64,000 bases of DNA. Source: Patescibacteria group bacterium (lineage in GTDB: Bacteria > Patescibacteriota > Patescibacteriia > CAIXNZ01). Positions 63,312-64,000 of this stretch are shown one piece after another. The position numbers and the translations under genes were made by a program. Where the stretch lies: assembly GCA_041651155.1 (NCBI GenBank), contig JBAZJU010000004.1, forward strand, positions 39,427 to 103,426. The letters run 5' to 3'. A model generated the notes under the pieces. That model did no database searches and was not told the origin of the DNA. It saw nothing but the letters and a program-made list of their open reading frames with translations. The first letter of the stretch is position 1, and every line of letters starts with the position of its first letter.

Positions 63312-63346
63312 TAACCGTAGTCCCGCCAACGCCGGGACGTAGGTTG
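63312..63346 (+). repeat. REP-like structured palindromic element, instance 4 (taacc-GTAG-tcccgcc-aac-gccggga-CGTA-ggttgg) within a cassette leader
   Basis: Same architecture as the other instances. Confidence 0.45.
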
Positions 63347-63377
63347 GAAATGTTCTTTACAAAGAAAGGAGAAAAGA

Positions 63378-64000
63378 ATGGGAAAAAAAGAAATGCTTGA
63401 ACTTTTTCACAAACAAGAAAGTGTCCATGTTTCCAGGGATGATGCCAGGTTAAGTGATTTAGAAGCTGTGCTTGGTGTTAATGTTTTTGATTTAGCTATT
63501 ACAGATTTAGCAGAAATCAAAGACAGGCAAGAGGTTTTTGTTTACTTGCTAAATAATCCACAGATTTTTGATCGGCTATTTGTCGCTTGGACTGAAATTG
63601 GCAGTTGTACTGTCCCGACAGACAGCGGCCAGCAGTTTCTATCTTACTATGAAAACCTGCGCTTTAAAAATACCGATTTTTGGCTCTGGACGGAAGGGGT
63701 GCTCAAGAATCTTACAGGTGAATTGCCAAAACGGATTGAACAAGCACTCGAAGTTATTAAGCAGGAAAAAGATGATTATTGCCAGGAAGAACTAGATCTG
63801 GCTGAAGCTATGGTCGCGGATTTAACCAGGTCAATAGTCGTTGAAGGTGTTTTGGATTTGCAGGTTAAGCGCCCAGGCCAATTTTTTCAGACGTTAGACT
63901 GGTCAGAATTGGTTTGTTGTGGTGTGGATTTGTATATTTCGCCTCAAATCCCAGAGCAATTCCAGGCGCCTGAATGGCTGGGCTCAGCCGGCCGTTATGT
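63378..64000 (+). CDS. Cassette ORF 11 (3'-truncated by window end): soluble hypothetical protein
   Basis: Open frame from the ATG at 63378 to the window end (over 207 codons, no stop), behind box1 and the RBS box. Missing from the supplied track because it has no stop in the window. Confidence 0.45.
   Translation, partial: MGKKEMLELFHKQESVHVSRDDARLSDLEAVLGVNVFDLAITDLAEIKDRQEVFVYLLNNPQIFDRLFVAWTEIGSCTVPTDSGQQFLSYYENLRFKNTDFWLWTEGVLKNLTGELPKRIEQALEVIKQEKDDYCQEELDLAEAMVADLTRSIVVEGVLDLQVKRPGQFFQTLDWSELVCCGVDLYISPQIPEQFQAPEWLGSAGRY

Overview
The window is low-GC (about one third GC), densely coding DNA whose gene content resembles a small-genome CPR/Patescibacteria-like bacterium. I cannot prove that assignment from sequence alone.

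Housekeeping genes, in order: anaerobic ribonucleotide reductase nrdD (probably truncated at the window start) and its activase nrdG; an MGMT-domain protein; an HtrA-like protease; RF2 without the programmed frameshift; a sugar epimerase and a GT2 glycosyltransferase; ksgA; recG; a 3-methyladenine glycosylase; radA; htpX; lemA; a bactofilin-like membrane protein; phosphohexomutase; murI; rseP; pheS and pheT (split by four small ORFs); three tRNAs (Ser-TGA, Ser-GCT, Arg-GCG).

Two loci stand out.

(1) A type-IV-secretion-like locus at about 10.5-29 kb. It holds a 2783-aa cysteine-rich secreted giant protein with repeated Cys motifs and CBM4/9-like domains. This is followed by a VirB6/TrbL-like polytopic membrane protein with a long charged tail, charged and small membrane proteins, a VirB4 ATPase encoded as two in-frame ORFs separated by a single TAA, a VirB8-like candidate, and ComFC.

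(2) A tandem cassette array at about 58.4-64 kb. At least ten small, mostly unrelated ORFs, many of them membrane proteins, are each preceded by a variable terminator-like hairpin, a conserved ~41-bp box (cgtctttagcccRggaaattttttcRtgggttaaaaaacgg) and a conserved RBS box. Palindromic GACA-n-TGTC operator-like sites occur inside the array, and a TrmB-like regulator is divergently encoded upstream.

Other observations: the NrdD glycyl-radical C-terminus sits in a separate 46-codon ORF; a roughly 50% GC island carries its own consensus sigma70 promoter; a four-helix-bundle (rRNA-IVS-type) gene is flanked by inverted repeats, with a gene-less copy of those repeats elsewhere; a dispersed 33-35-nt structured palindromic element (ACC-GUAG-hairpin-CGAA-GGU) shows compensatory base changes across five instances; the tRNA cluster has partial tRNA-end duplications and a trailer-repeat family; the radA 5' end is duplicated around an inserted small ORF; and a ~210-bp ORF-free, strongly self-complementary segment between murI and rseP is a candidate ncRNA.
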